Source: Blepharisma stoltei ATCC 30299 (taxonomy: Eukaryota > Protista > Ciliophora). Taken from it: 64,000 nucleotides of DNA. Below, one piece after another: positions 48,522 to 60,062 of the stretch. How positions within the stretch are numbered: the stretch's first letter is position 1; every line of letters starts with the position of its first letter. The position numbers were made by a program, and so were the translations under genes. The DNA is taken from positions 1 through 64,000 of the forward strand of contig CBFDEM010000031.1 of the NCBI GenBank assembly GCA_965603825.1, written 5' to 3'. The notes below the pieces were generated by a model. That model worked only from the letters and a program-made list of their open reading frames with translations. It was not told the origin of the DNA and searched no databases.

Positions 48522-51500
48522 TTATTTTCTTTGTTGTATCCATGGATTTGAACTCTGTTGTGACCCACTTTGCTGGTTAGACATAAAAGCTCCAAATGGC
48601 TGCTGCACTGCTGGATTAGGCTGCTGCCCAGCTTGTTGTGCAAAAGATCCAAATGATACTGGCTGTCCTGGATTCCCAAAGGTTTTATTACCTAAATTTA
48701 CCGTTGGAAATGACGAAGGTGCAAATGAAGTGGACCCAAACCCTGACTGCCCAAAAGTTGGCATAACTGGAGCAGGCTGAGAGTTAAGTGCAAGCGACAT
48801 TAAAGAATTTGGAGCTGGCTGACTGCTTGGGATAAAAGGGCTAGGATTTGTTGGCTTTGGAGCTGTAAACGTATTTTGGGCTGCCACAAAGAACGAATTT
48901 TGGGCTGGTGGCTGTGCAGGATTTGTAGGCTGGGTGCCAAGTATAGAGCTTGTAGAAAATGGTTTTTCCGGGCTTAGTAAGGACGGATTGACTGCATTAG
49001 GAGGTTTCTGAGGGTTAAGGATTGATTGGGATAGAGGAGCTGTTAATAAAGGTTTTTGAGGTGTTGTCAATGAATTTTGAAGAGGATTTGATGGAAAAGA
49101 CTGCTGAGAAGGCTTAGCTGCCTGAGATGTTGGGTTAACAAAGAACCCAGAGCTTGCAGGCTTTGGAGGCTCTACTTTCTCAGCTGGCTTTGGAGGGTTG
49201 GTTGAAAAAGCTGGAACAGTTGTAGGCTGTGGCTGAAGTTTTTGAGGTGCAAAAGGCTGGCTAGATTGAACTGATTGTGTTGGAGGATTCGGAGCTGAAT
49301 CAACTTGAAGACTTGCTTGCATTGGCTGCTGCACTTTAGGGGGCTCTACCTGTACTTTTGGTTCTGGCTTTTTAAAAGCTACTTCCATTATATGTTCTAT
49401 AGACTTCTTTTTAGTCGAAATTATTGGACTTTCTGCTGCTTTCTCTTTAATAGTATCAAATTTGATAACTTCGCTAGGCAGTTTTTTATCAGGCTGCCTC
49501 ACAGCATTTTGCTGTGGAGTTGCCAAGCTTTGCCTCGGTTTTTCTATTCTAGACTGTATAATCTGTGGCTTAATTCAGTCTTTAAACCTCCTCTGCTGTT
49601 CCGCTGGGTCTCTAAAATCTATTTTTTCTTCTATATTTTCTTCTTTTTCTTCTTCATCACTATTTTCTACATCGTCAAAGGCGAACCTTTTTTGCTGAGA
49701 AGGTCTCAGCGCTCTGCCTAAGCCCCTCACCTTTAAATCCAGCTCACTTATAACCCTACTGGCCTGTTCTATTCTTGACACTATTAAATTATCAATAATT
49801 TCTTTCGGATATTTCACAGTTTTTTGCTTTGTATTTGGGATATGTTTTCTGGTAACTCTCAGCATGTTTGTGCTTTCGTCAGTTTTCACCCCGAGCTGAT
49901 TCCTTTGGGATCTTATCATTTTGATGATTTTTTCAAGCCCAACCTTAAAATAATGCTCAAAAGTGGTAGTTCGGCATTCAAATTCTTCAATAGACCGGAT
50001 AAGTCTTGGGTCAATGTCCCCTTCATCTAGGTCATTTTTGACTTCTAGCTGGGTTTTGGCCATCTCGAAAATGTTTTTTACAGCGTCAGCGTCAATTTTG
50101 TTTTCTATGTGGGAGGCAGTTAGGTCGTCTAATTTTTGACTGAGGGTGAAAATTTTTTGTTTGCTGAGGTTGATTATTTTTTGGGAGTCGGAGATGATGG
50201 ATTTTATGTCGGAGAGGACGGAGTCGTTGATTTGTTGGGATTCGAGCTGGGAGAAAGAAGTGGAGGTCTCTTGGATGGTGATTTGGAGGAAATTTATGAG
50301 TTTTTCTTTTTCTTGTTTGAGGATGGTGGTGTCAGCTGGCTTGGGGGGTTCTGATTGCTTCAAAGGTTCGGGCTGTTTTAAGGGTTCTGGCTGCTTTAAA
50401 GGGAGTTGAGCTGTTTTAGTATCTTCAGGCTTTGGCTGGGCTGGGAAGACAGCAGATGGTTTTGTAGGTTCTTCGGCCTTAGGCTGAGGCGGCTGAGCAT
50501 CAAATAGCTTTTTGGTAGCTTCTTCTGGCTTTGGTTGAGAAATCAAAGAAGTACCAAATGGAGATTGACCTTGATTTGCAGTCTTTGAAGATTCTTCAGT
50601 TTTTACCTGTGAAAAGCTAGTTTGCAAACTTGATAGAGAAAAAGGATTTTGAGCAGTGCTTTTGGATTCTTCAGGCTTCTGGATGAAGAACGGGTTTTGG
50701 CTAGTTGTCTTTGCAGCTGCTTCTGATTTGGGCTGGAAAGGATTTTCTTTTTTTTCTTCTGAGACTTTGAATGCATCTGCTTTTATTTCTGGTTTTGAGG
50801 GGATAAAAGAGCTAGCTTGAGGGCCTAAAGAGGCGCTAAAAGGATTTGAAGCTTTAGGATCAGCGGATATAGGCAAGTCTAGTGGTTTTTGTGTAAGTTT
50901 TGATAGCCCAGAGGTTATTTCTCCAGATTTTTTGCTTTCTTCTGTTAATCCAGTAGTCTGGGCAGGCTGAGTTTTTTCCTCAGGTTTCTGAAATGGGTTA
51001 AACAATCCTGTTTGGCCAAACGGTGACACTGCATCCAGCTTTTTTTGCGGTTCTGCTGATGAATCTATCGGTTTAGGGTTAAATAAGTTCGTCTCAGTCT
51101 TTATTTCTTCTCTTTTCACATCAGCTGTCTTTGCTATACTTTTCTGCTCTTCAGTTTTCCCTTTATTATCTACTTTTCCTTCCTCTTCGTCATCACTTAT
51201 ATCTTTCAGATTTCTTCCTTCTTTGATTAAATTCTCATTTAAATACTCAGCCCTCAAATCAATGTATTTTTTCAAGTAAATTTTCCCATCACTTCCTATA
51301 AACACAATCATTGGCGGATAACAAATCTTAAAGTCTTCATCTTTTATAGTAAACTCAAATATCTCACTGTGAGGCTTGAAATTTGTAACCAGTCCAAAGC
51401 CTCTCATAATGTGCTCAGTATCTTTAGACTCTTCCCATAAAACTTTGCCTTTCCATTGTGCAATTTCGTCTCATAAGTAAATCCTAGAATCCTCCCCAAT

Positions 51501-52361
51501 ATTGTACATAATACTTGCTTGGCTTGATCCAGATGATGACAAAATCAGAGTATTTCTGCTCGAAATATAGTCAAAATAAGCTACAATTGGCTTGCTTGGC
51601 ATTTCATTGTACTCATCAGGCAGTGAATAAGGCATTAAATCAGTATCACTTTGCTCGCCTAAGAGAGCTAAAGGATCTAATGAATAAACCTGCACTATAG
51701 CATTTTCTCCTCTGAAGCCAAAAATTACTATCATTTTATTCCCTATTTCCTTAATTCCAAAAGGCACTACCTCTTCCAGCGGATGCTGGACTAAAATTTT
51801 CCCTGTCTTATTATCTATAATAATAACCCCCATTTCTCCACAAGCCACACACTGTCTATCTCTGCTTTTCAAAAATCCAAAACACTTGATTTTTTCATGC
51901 CCACTTATAAGTTTGTCCTTCAAATATATATCTAGACACCCATTTTCCTGTAAAACCCCTAACATTTTTCTATTCCATTCTATTCACCTTATAGGACTTT
52001 GTGTTGTTATTACTTGGTAGCTCTGTGCGGTATTTCTTATCCATTTCCTAGTCCCTAATATATGTAGCTTATTCCTACAAGCGACAGCTAACAAGCTGCC
52101 AGTCTCATTGGCCGCCACTAGGTTTATGATTTCTGGGAAATCTTTTTCAAAGAACTGAGGCGGCTCAGTCCCTTTTATATAGTCTTCTAAAAATCGTGTT
52201 GGGATAAGCACAATTTTTGAGTCTTTTGCTATAACGATAAAGCCAGAGAAGTTGCAGACTGCAATAAGTTGAGAAAAATGAGGCTCTAGTCTAGGAGTAC
52301 AAAAGGTGCCTTCAGCCTTGACAACATCTTCGAAATAGCATCATTCGTCACTTGGATCCAT
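48522..52361 (-). CDS. Nup214/Nup159-like FG nucleoporin (1279 aa)
   Basis: One frame through 4 TGAs. Beta-rich N-terminus, low-complexity S/P/Q linker with NPF/PF motifs, coiled coil, and C-terminal PTFGQSGFG/SFGSFAQQ/PFGAF. Confidence 0.65.
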
Positions 52362-52375
52362 TTTATTATAAGCAA

Positions 52376-52999
52376 TTAAAATTTATATTTTTTATTGAAC
52401 TTCACTTTTTTCATAGATCTTTGAGATGCTTCTTCACGATTAAGCTCATTATCTAGTCGATGAACTTCACTTAGAAGCATGCTGCTCAGCTGAACAGCTT
52501 CTTCTAATGCTTTTTTGGTTTTTTTATTTTTTTCTTTAAGTTTTTCGCAGTTTTTGCACTCGATTTTTCCTTTTTTGTAGGCATCTAGTTCTTCTTCTAA
52601 CTGCATCCTGGTGAGTTCTGATTTTGCACACTCTTTTTTAAGGGTTTGGTATTTCCGTTTTAAATCATTTTGAATCCTAGAACCGTCAGGCCACTGTCCA
52701 AGATCCAGATAGTTCTTATGAAAATCCCCAACATTTCTGAGACGTGAGGACGCAGGCAATAATGAACCGTCATCAATTGAATTCCCAACTGAGCTTGATT
52801 CCATGTCCTGTGCCAATGTTTTATTGCTAAAAAGGAGTGGGGATTGCTCTTCTTTATTGTCAAATAAGCTTGTTTTGAATTGTGAAACAAGTGAAGCTTT
52901 AAGTGAAGGAGCAGTGTTGAGGTAAAAAAATCTACCGTCTACTTCTTCAAAAGAAATGCTTTGGTTGATAGGGTCTGTAAGTGTCTTTTCAGCGTCCAT
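52376..52999 (-). CDS. Hypothetical coiled-coil protein with CxxC (207 aa)
   Basis: Intact ORF. ATG 52999 is preferred because it follows an AT-rich leader; 53047 is an alternative start. Confidence 0.75.
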   Translation of the reverse strand: MDAEKTLTDPINQSISFEEVDGRFFYLNTAPSLKASLVSQFKTSLFDNKEEQSPLLFSNKTLAQDMESSSVGNSIDDGSLLPASSRLRNVGDFHKNYLDLGQWPDGSRIQNDLKRKYQTLKKECAKSELTRMQLEEELDAYKKGKIECKNCEKLKEKNKKTKKALEEAVQLSSMLLSEVHRLDNELNREEASQRSMKKVKFNKKYKF

Positions 53000-53061
53000 A
53001 TTAAATTTTATAACTTTACAGGAGTTATATATTAACTCAAAAATCATATTTTGGGAGGAAT

Positions 53062-53162
53062 AAAAAACGTGCCACAGGCTAAGAAGGTTTAGACTGCTTA
53101 GACACTATGGCTTGAGAACAGTCGGGACATCTGATTTTTGGCTAGGCTCCAGCCAGACCAGT
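53062..53162 (-). ncRNA. Unidentified ~100-nt structured RNA, putative Pol III transcript
   Basis: Intergenic block with higher GC, two hairpins and a T6 at the 3' end. Its upstream motif and spacing match those of the RNase MRP locus. Confidence 0.55.
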
Positions 53163-53182
53163 AAGTTAAGTAAATTCTCTTT

Positions 53183-53204
53183 TATTTATTTTTACCATGC
53201 CATA
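53183..53204 (-). promoter_or_regulatory. Putative snRNA-type upstream element TATGGC-N7-AAATAAATA
   Basis: Same two blocks and 7-nt spacer as 54995-55016; about 20 nt upstream of the structured block. Confidence 0.6.
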
Positions 53205-53323
53205 TCTCCTGATTTACTAGTCAAATTTTCATATGATTTTCTCCTAAATCCATAATAAATTTCTAAGGAAATGTCCTCATATTTTTCAATTCAGCCTCAC
53301 AGGCAAATCATTGGTCTAATAAA

Positions 53324-53623
53324 ATGGCAGAGAGAAATAGATTCAAATACTTTCGAACCAACAAAGTGGGAAGAACAAGCCAGCTAGATGAAGAAACTGC
53401 CTTCTTTGAAAGGAAAGAAGAAGGGTCTCCTAGGAAGATAATTTATCGCAATGAGTGTCCTAATGAGCTGAAAGCCTTCGAAGACTGCATGAAGAGCACA
53501 GGAAACAACCTCAGCGCATGTGCTTCACAAAACTTAGCCCTTGGAACGTGTGGAAAGCACTTTTTTAAAGTCATAAACGGAATGTCGCAGCCATACGATT
53601 ATCATAAAGGACTTCCTAAATAA
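53324..53623 (+). CDS. Twin Cx9C (CHCH) mitochondrial intermembrane-space protein
   Basis: CPNELKAFEDC-x10-CASQNLALGTC. Confidence 0.88.
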   Translation: MAERNRFKYFRTNKVGRTSQLDEETAFFERKEEGSPRKIIYRNECPNELKAFEDCMKSTGNNLSACASQNLALGTCGKHFFKVINGMSQPYDYHKGLPK

Positions 53624-53648
53624 GAGGATAAGCTTAGTTCTAAAATTA

Positions 53649-54717
53649 TTAGCTAAAATCTCTGCCGATCTTCCAGGTACTGGAGCTTGATAAGAAGTAA
53701 AATTGTCGCAGGCTGTTGAGTCTAAGGGTGACTCTGAGTTTTGCTGTAGGAATTGCATGATACTTGGTGTCATTGTAGTTGTAGTACTCTGTGTTGTTGC
53801 GGAGAGCTTCAAAGTTTTGGCCGTCTATCTTGGCTTGGCCTGGAATCCCAATGAACGCATAAGGGTGCCGATAAGGGGTTGAAGTGACTGTTTTATAAGA
53901 AGGGTAAACTGCATTTACATTTCCAAATTCTTTAATTAAAATTCCGCCAAGGTTTTGGATTGCAATGCCTAAAGATCTGATAAAGTTCTTTTCTCACGCG
54001 TCACAGCTGATTAGTATGATAAGGTAATTTGCATTATAACTAGACAGCTGTATCGCCAAATTAGTGGAATCAAGGACGCTCCCAAAAGTATCGTAAGTGT
54101 GGTTATACACAACAGAAAGGTCTTGGCGGTGCAAAACCATTAGGTGTAGTCCTCTAATACTTTCTGAATACAATAAATAAGAGTTCCCAAGCTTCACATA
54201 AGCCGGCATCAGGTTGTTAGACCCTGTGCCTTGGACTTCTAAAAATGATCATTTTTCCCCTAAAGAGTTAGTGATGTTTATATCACTCCAAGGGCTTCAG
54301 TCACAATTCTCAGCCAAACCTCTGACCCTTATCCTATAAACCATACTCGACACAACATTGATTTGGGCATACCGAAACTGGCCTTGGTAGCCTAATTGAA
54401 AATCATTTCACATAGAATCTGACATAAAAAGTACCTAAAAGCATATCTGATAGAGGCGCTTGGGGATAAGTCCAATTAATCATTCCTATATTAGTCGATG
54501 TTTTTCAGTTAGTCCAATTTGGGGTCGCATATTCTACCTGATAAAGTGTCAAAGTGTATCCATTATTAGTGGGAAAAGTCCATTGCAGAGAAATTACAGA
54601 TGGGGTAGGAATTATTGATATAATTTTAGGAGGGGATGACCAGGTGCACCCAGCTAAATAAAATTTACGAGGATTTCTTGAAAACACAGTATGGAATAAA
54701 AAGAATATAAGGTACAT
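53649..54717 (-). CDS. Secreted FN3 plus ILEI/PANDER (GG-type lectin) domain protein (350 aa, one intron)
   Basis: Signal peptide, FN3 (LQWTFP...YQVEY...YRIRVRG...WSPWS) and ILEI (RGLHLMVL...TYDTFGS...DAW...LGG...RHPYAFIG). The frame requires removal of a 16-nt intron. Confidence 0.82.
54419..54434 (-). other. 16-nt spliceosomal intron
   Basis: GTACTTTTTATGTCAG; removal restores the frame between the two halves of the FN3 domain and into ORF 53994-54209. Confidence 0.85.
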
Positions 54718-54780
54718 TTTATTATATAAGCACAGGATTACAATACATAAATAAATTAATTAGCCAAAACTTGTGATCTT

Positions 54781-54975
54781 AAAAAGCAATAAGCCCCGTT
54801 GAGTTTCCATAGTTGCATAACTGTGCTATGGCAAAGACCAGGACTCCACTTCCATTAGGAATCCAGGGGTTCTCATTCAAGAGTGGTACTTTCTACCCTC
54901 GGCCCGGGGACTTTCCCCAAACAATCTTAAGCGATAAACGCCTTTATGTGTTGTTCGATTGCAACTCTGCTTCTT
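54781..54975 (-). ncRNA. RNase MRP RNA
   Basis: CR-I GGGGAAAGUCCCCGG (54904-18), P8 hairpin with GAAAG (GARAR) loop, CR-V ACUCAACGGGGCUUA (54790-804) forming P4, P2 AGUUGCA/UGCAACU, P1 AAGCA/UGCUU, and a T5 terminator. Confidence 0.92.
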
Positions 54976-54994
54976 AAAATTGTCAAGTCTTGTC

Positions 54995-55016
54995 TATTTA
55001 TTTATTATTAGCCATA
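54995..55016 (-). promoter_or_regulatory. Putative upstream element of RNase MRP, TATGGC-N7-AAATAAATA
   Basis: About 20 nt upstream of the predicted MRP 5' end; repeated at 53183-53204. Confidence 0.6.
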
Positions 55017-55049
55017 CTTAATAAATGGAAATTAGTGTTAAAATAAATT

Positions 55050-57638
55050 TTAACAATTGTTAATAGACTTAAGAACAGCATGAATTTTTTCATATAATGG
55101 CCGTTCCCTTAACAGTCTGATGGTCTGTCCAGGTGAGTTTCCACCGTTTTCAAACCGACTTGACAAATCACAAGCTCTTCCAAAAGCTTCTAAAAATTCA
55201 ATAAAACTCATTTCTATGTGCCTTTTCTTATAAATCTCATCTACTTGGCTCATCATAGCTTGAGAAAAGCACAAATCAATCTCCCTCGCTGCCATATTAT
55301 CATTCAAAAGACCCACATCGTTGCAAAGCTGCCTAAACTCTTCAAGACACATAAAATTTTTTTGTCCTGGGAGGGTTTTTTTGCCGCTATATTTTTTATA
55401 AAGCCAATCTAAGCTTGCCTTCTTAGCTTTATAGACAACATCAACTTCTTCACAAATATACCGTTCTTTTCTTCAGAGTTCTGTATTATGCTGAGGCATA
55501 ATTTGCATTAAATGGTCATTGAGGAGCTTTTGAATTGCACCAGAATATGTAGGGCAAATTTTAGTCCTCACATATCTGTCATTGGCAATCCTTACCAAGA
55601 TTTCCATAAATTCATAACGAACTAGGGCACTCCCAGGGTTATACATCTGGCCTTTTTCTTTTTGGATTTTTGAAGAATTTCAGTTAACTCCTAAATCGCT
55701 GACTTCATAAAGACTATCAATAATTCCGCATTGATTTAAAAAATCAGTAAAAATATTTGAGCCAATTGAAAAAATTTCTGAGCCACTGAACGACGCAAGG
55801 TATTTATAGGTCTCTTTGAAAAAGGAATAGTAACTGCGTAAGATTTCTTTGGTGCTTGATCTGTCGTTGCTGTCTTTAATGAAATTAGAGATTCTGGCAT
55901 GTCTTCAGTCAAACTCAAAGCAGTCATTTAGAAGCCTTTGACTGTTAAAAATATAGTCTTTGAATATAGAAGTATTGAAGTCTCAAGGTGGCTTTATATA
56001 TTCGTCGTCTGGAGGTTTATAGATTAACCCTGGGATTCTGGGCTTTGTGTCGAAATTTCCATAAAGCTTATATAGTTTTCCTGAGGAAGGGGTGGATTGA
56101 ATGGTATTTATAGTTATAAATTCTTTGTGCTTGGCCCAAAACTCGAATTCTTTTGTTATAGGAAAATCAAGAGAATGCAACTTATAGTTAGACGACTTAG
56201 CAAACTTGCCTCTGTATGTAAAGAAAAATTTTACTTCACCTGGTGGCACTGCCCTTATCAGCTTAAATCCTCCATCCGGTTGCTTTATCATTAAATCAGG
56301 CTCTCACTCATCACACTCTAAATGCAAAAACACTGGATCATCCAATATTTCATCACTTTTTATATAAAATTCCATTTCAACCCACTTTTCACACACCCAG
56401 CACATGCTTTTTTCTGTATTTAAATTTTTCACATTTGGCTCAATAATCCTTTGGAAAAAATGGCTTTGGTTATATTTTGCAATGTTCTGTGCAGGGATAA
56501 TGAAGCCTCGAGAATTCAGCATACAATCATTTCCTGACATATGAATCCCCAGCAGAGAATGGTTATTTTGTATGCCTTTCCCTATTCTTTTGCATTCTTC
56601 TATAGAAAAATAGTTATATGACAAATCAATGTGGAGAAGGTTCAAGTGAACTTTTAATGCGTCTCCGACTGCACTTGCAACGCTTTGGATTGGATTATTC
56701 CCCATAGAGTTTCAGGATACATCAAGCTCTCGCAAATTTGTATTTTCTGCAAGACCGTTAAAAAGTGAAATAGCTCCTTCATCCCTGATGCAGTTCCAAT
56801 GAAGATCTAGCCTCTTAATAGAGTCATTTACTCTCAATAGCTTACTTATAGCTCTACATGCAATTTCTCCCAAATTATTTCTTGCCAAATTAAGCCTTGT
56901 CAGCTGCCTATTTAGAGCTAGCGCATCACACAGTTTAGAAACCGCTACATTGCTGATCCCTGTGTTTTCTAAATTCAGGTGTTTTAAATTAGAATTGAAT
57001 TTATCAACAATTTCAACAATTTTATCAACTGACTTCATCCCAATTTTATTTTCTGCAAGGGAAAGCTCTTTTAACTTTTGGTTCGAAATTTTTGACAGAA
57101 TAGTGGCGCTTCCTCGTTCAGTGAGTCTATTTGATTTTAGGTTCAGGCTTTCTAAGCCGTGAACTCGCTTAATTCCTTCTGAGAAGGCATCAGCATAATA
57201 GTCGCCCATAGAAAAGCCGTGGATATCTAGCTTAGTCTCGCTGCCTTCTCTTCTTACAATCCCAAAAGGTTTTGGCATTAAATGGTGTGCTTGTAACTGA
57301 TTTAAATAAGCGAGGTTTGGGGAGTCTTCCAGCTGCTCATAATTGTTACGTTGTGACAATTTTGGCAGATTTTTAAAGGAATCGAAGTAATCAAGCCTTG
57401 CTTCAACTCCAACAGCACTTGGAACGCTGTCAATAGTTCCTCGCATTTTTGACTTTTGCGATTTCAAAAGAAATCGCTCAGTTATTGCAGCAGTATTCAG
57501 CTCATTCCGAGCTGAATCTCTGGGATGTATAGGACTTTTTTGGGGCGAGTAGAACTTTTTAGGGTTTTTTGCTTTTCTTTTAAGCCTGGAAGGAGATTTC
57601 ATAAGTAGAGGTAAGCTAGAGTTTCTTGAATGCAACAT
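55050..57638 (-). CDS. RI-type leucine-rich repeat protein with a CBM-like middle and EF-hand-like C-terminus (862 aa)
   Basis: LxxLxLxxNxL repeats in one frame through several TGAs. C-terminal MCLEEFRQL and MSFIEFLEA helices. Confidence 0.85.
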
Positions 57639-57711
57639 TTTAATTACAAATTCTCTATTTAATGCAAAAAAAACTATCAAAATACAGTTATTTAATTATA
57701 CTAAATTTTCA

Positions 57712-58470
57712 TTAATTAACCTCTTCATTATTCTTATGAACCCTCGTCTTCAAGTGGTCTTTCAAATGTCCCTTCGTTTTGAAGGTCTTTTTGCACTCTT
57801 CAAAAGGACACATAAATGGTCTTTCCCCAGTGTGTGTTCTCATGTGAATTTTCAAGTTCCCGCTCTCGCTGAAGGCTTTTTTGCAGTGTTCACAGCTGAA
57901 AGGCTTCTCCCCCGTATGTATCCTTACATGTATCTTCAGTGTGCTGCTCCTCATAAAGGAGCTGCCACATTCCTTGCACACAAACGGTCTTATATTATTA
58001 TGCCGCCTGCTATGATCTGTCAGGTGCCCCTGTGTTGTAAACTTCTTGCCACATTCCTGGCACTCATAAGGCTTTTCTCCAGTATGAGTCCTCATATGAG
58101 TCCTCAGGTTTCCACTCTCACAGAATGCCTTCTGGCATACTTTGCAGACATAAGGCCTTTCGCCTGTATGTTTTCGCATGTGGACTTTTAAAGTACTCGG
58201 TCTGGTATAGGTGCGATTGCACTTTTCACAGACATATAAGGACTTTGAGGAGAGAATTTCTGGGGTGTTTGGCGCGGTCGACAAGCTGGGCGAGGCTGAA
58301 ACTGTATATACTTGTGCATAGAGACAGTCTTGAAATGGGTTAGCAAGCAGGGAGTACTGTAAGCAGTATAAATTTAAACGCTCTGGAGAAAGTTTGTCAG
58401 CGCCTTCTTCAAGTTTTATGGGTTTTGCCGCTTTTGGTTGGGCTAGGCGCTCTTCTTCGTCTTTCAGCAT
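57712..58470 (-). CDS. C2H2 zinc-finger transcription factor, 6 fingers
   Basis: Six C2H2 fingers, mostly joined by HTGE(K/R)P linkers. Confidence 0.95.
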   Translation of the reverse strand: MLKDEEERLAQPKAAKPIKLEEGADKLSPERLNLYCLQYSLLANPFQDCLYAQVYTVSASPSLSTAPNTPEILSSKSLYVCEKCNRTYTRPSTLKVHMRKHTGERPYVCKVCQKAFCESGNLRTHMRTHTGEKPYECQECGKKFTTQGHLTDHSRRHNNIRPFVCKECGSSFMRSSTLKIHVRIHTGEKPFSCEHCKKAFSESGNLKIHMRTHTGERPFMCPFEECKKTFKTKGHLKDHLKTRVHKNNEEVN

Positions 58471-58624
58471 TTCGGGCTAATTATATAAGAAATCCGCGAA
58501 GATAAGAAGTTTTGACCAATCAAGATTTAGTCGGATAAGAAGAGCGCGAATTTTTGGCGGATAATAGCATTTGGGTTTATAGCATTAGCGGTTTATTAAG
58601 AAATTGATTAATTATATTGATAAA

Positions 58625-60049
58625 ATGGCCTTTGTCAGGAGAAATTTCGGACTTTTTGGCAAAATTTTCGGAAAAACAGAAAAAGAAGCACCTAAACTGA
58701 AAGCGAAAACGGCAGCAATTGCCCAGCCGCTGGCAGAGCATAAGGCAATAGAAATTGACTGAAAAACTCCGAAAATCCATGTTTCGACCTTAAAAAATGG
58801 GCTGAAAATTTTAACAGAGTCTTCAGGTTTTCCAGCTCATGTTCATTTAGGAGCTATTATTGATATAGGAGTGAGGGAAGAAACCAAAGAAAATTCAGGC
58901 GCTTTGATGGGGCTCAAGCATACTTATCTTACAAAAGCAGATGAAATTAAGAATTTTAGCATGCTTCAGATGTCAGGAGGGGAGCTTGCAATGGACTATG
59001 ACCAGGAACAAACTCTTTTCCAGGGTTATTGCATGTCTCATGATGTAGTTGATTATTTGCAATTGATAAAAACATCATTAAGAGATGAAAGAAATCAAGA
59101 AGATGAGGAAAAACTGAAAATCAGGCTAGAAGAGCTGTGAAAACTAAGGGAGATGTCACTGACTAATGAGCATAGACTATTAGAGCTGACTCTAGATGTG
59201 GCTTATGGAAATAGCGGGGTTGGAATGCCTTTGCATGGAAGCATAAGCAGCAAATTGACGCTTCAAGAGCTGAATAGCTTTGAACGAAAATTAACAATCC
59301 CTGAAAAAACAGTTCTTTTTGCCTCAGGAGTGAGAAATCATCAAGAATTTGAAGACCTTGCAAATCAATACTTTGGAGACCTCCAATCTACATCTCCCTA
59401 CAATAGAGTTCCAAGCCCATATATAGGTGGCGAGCATAGAGAAATTTGTGCGACTGAAATCACTTATATGAGTCTTTCCTTCAAAGGAGCCTCCTGGACT
59501 GACAAAGATATGATCGCCTTACAGATCCTAAAAACAGCCATAGGAGAAGCAGGGATTTTTAAGTCAGGCTTAAATTTAGGTAAAGGACTGCTCACACACT
59601 CCTATACTTCTTTTATGGACAAAGGCAAATATTTATTAGGAGTCCGCTGCATTAATATGAATTTCAGTGATACAGGGATATTTGGGATTATGCTTGCTGG
59701 GGTTAATTCCCACACTTTTAACATGTCAAATGATATCATATCAGAATTTCAAAATTTGCCAAATATTTCAGATGAAGAAATTTCCCGAGCCAAAAATTTA
59801 CTAAAAACACAGATTTTATTCCTAAAAGAGCAAACTGGGAAAAGGCTGGAAGATACTGCCAAAATGTATCTTGTGCTTGGAAAAACACCTGATGAGCTGG
59901 ATTGGATGAAAATGATTGATAATGTTACAACTGATCAAATAAGAGAAGCTGCCAGAAGGGTCACTAAGTCAAAGCCTACGTTAATTGTACTAGGAACGCC
60001 TTCACAAGTGATCCCAAAAATTGAAGAAATAGCTGAGAGGGTTTCTTAA
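58625..60049 (+). CDS. Mitochondrial processing peptidase alpha-like, M16 non-catalytic (474 aa)
   Basis: Presequence-like start, STLKNGLKILTE, GVREET..SG, no HxxEH, FSDTGIFGI and EEISRAKN. Joined via 2 TGAs. Confidence 0.88.
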
Positions 60050-60062
60050 TAAGTTAATTAAT

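Noticed and set aside
50345-50400. PLKQPE x3 repeat in the nucleoporin
   Set aside because: It is ordinary slippage in a low-complexity linker.
53062-53162. Telomerase RNA, U1 or U5 identity for the unknown RNA
   Set aside because: There is no CCCUAACA template. ACUUACUGG only partly matches the U1 5' end and lies at the boundary. The plus strand has an Sm-like AUUUUUG but no U5 loop, and GU pairs, promoter and terminator favour the minus strand.
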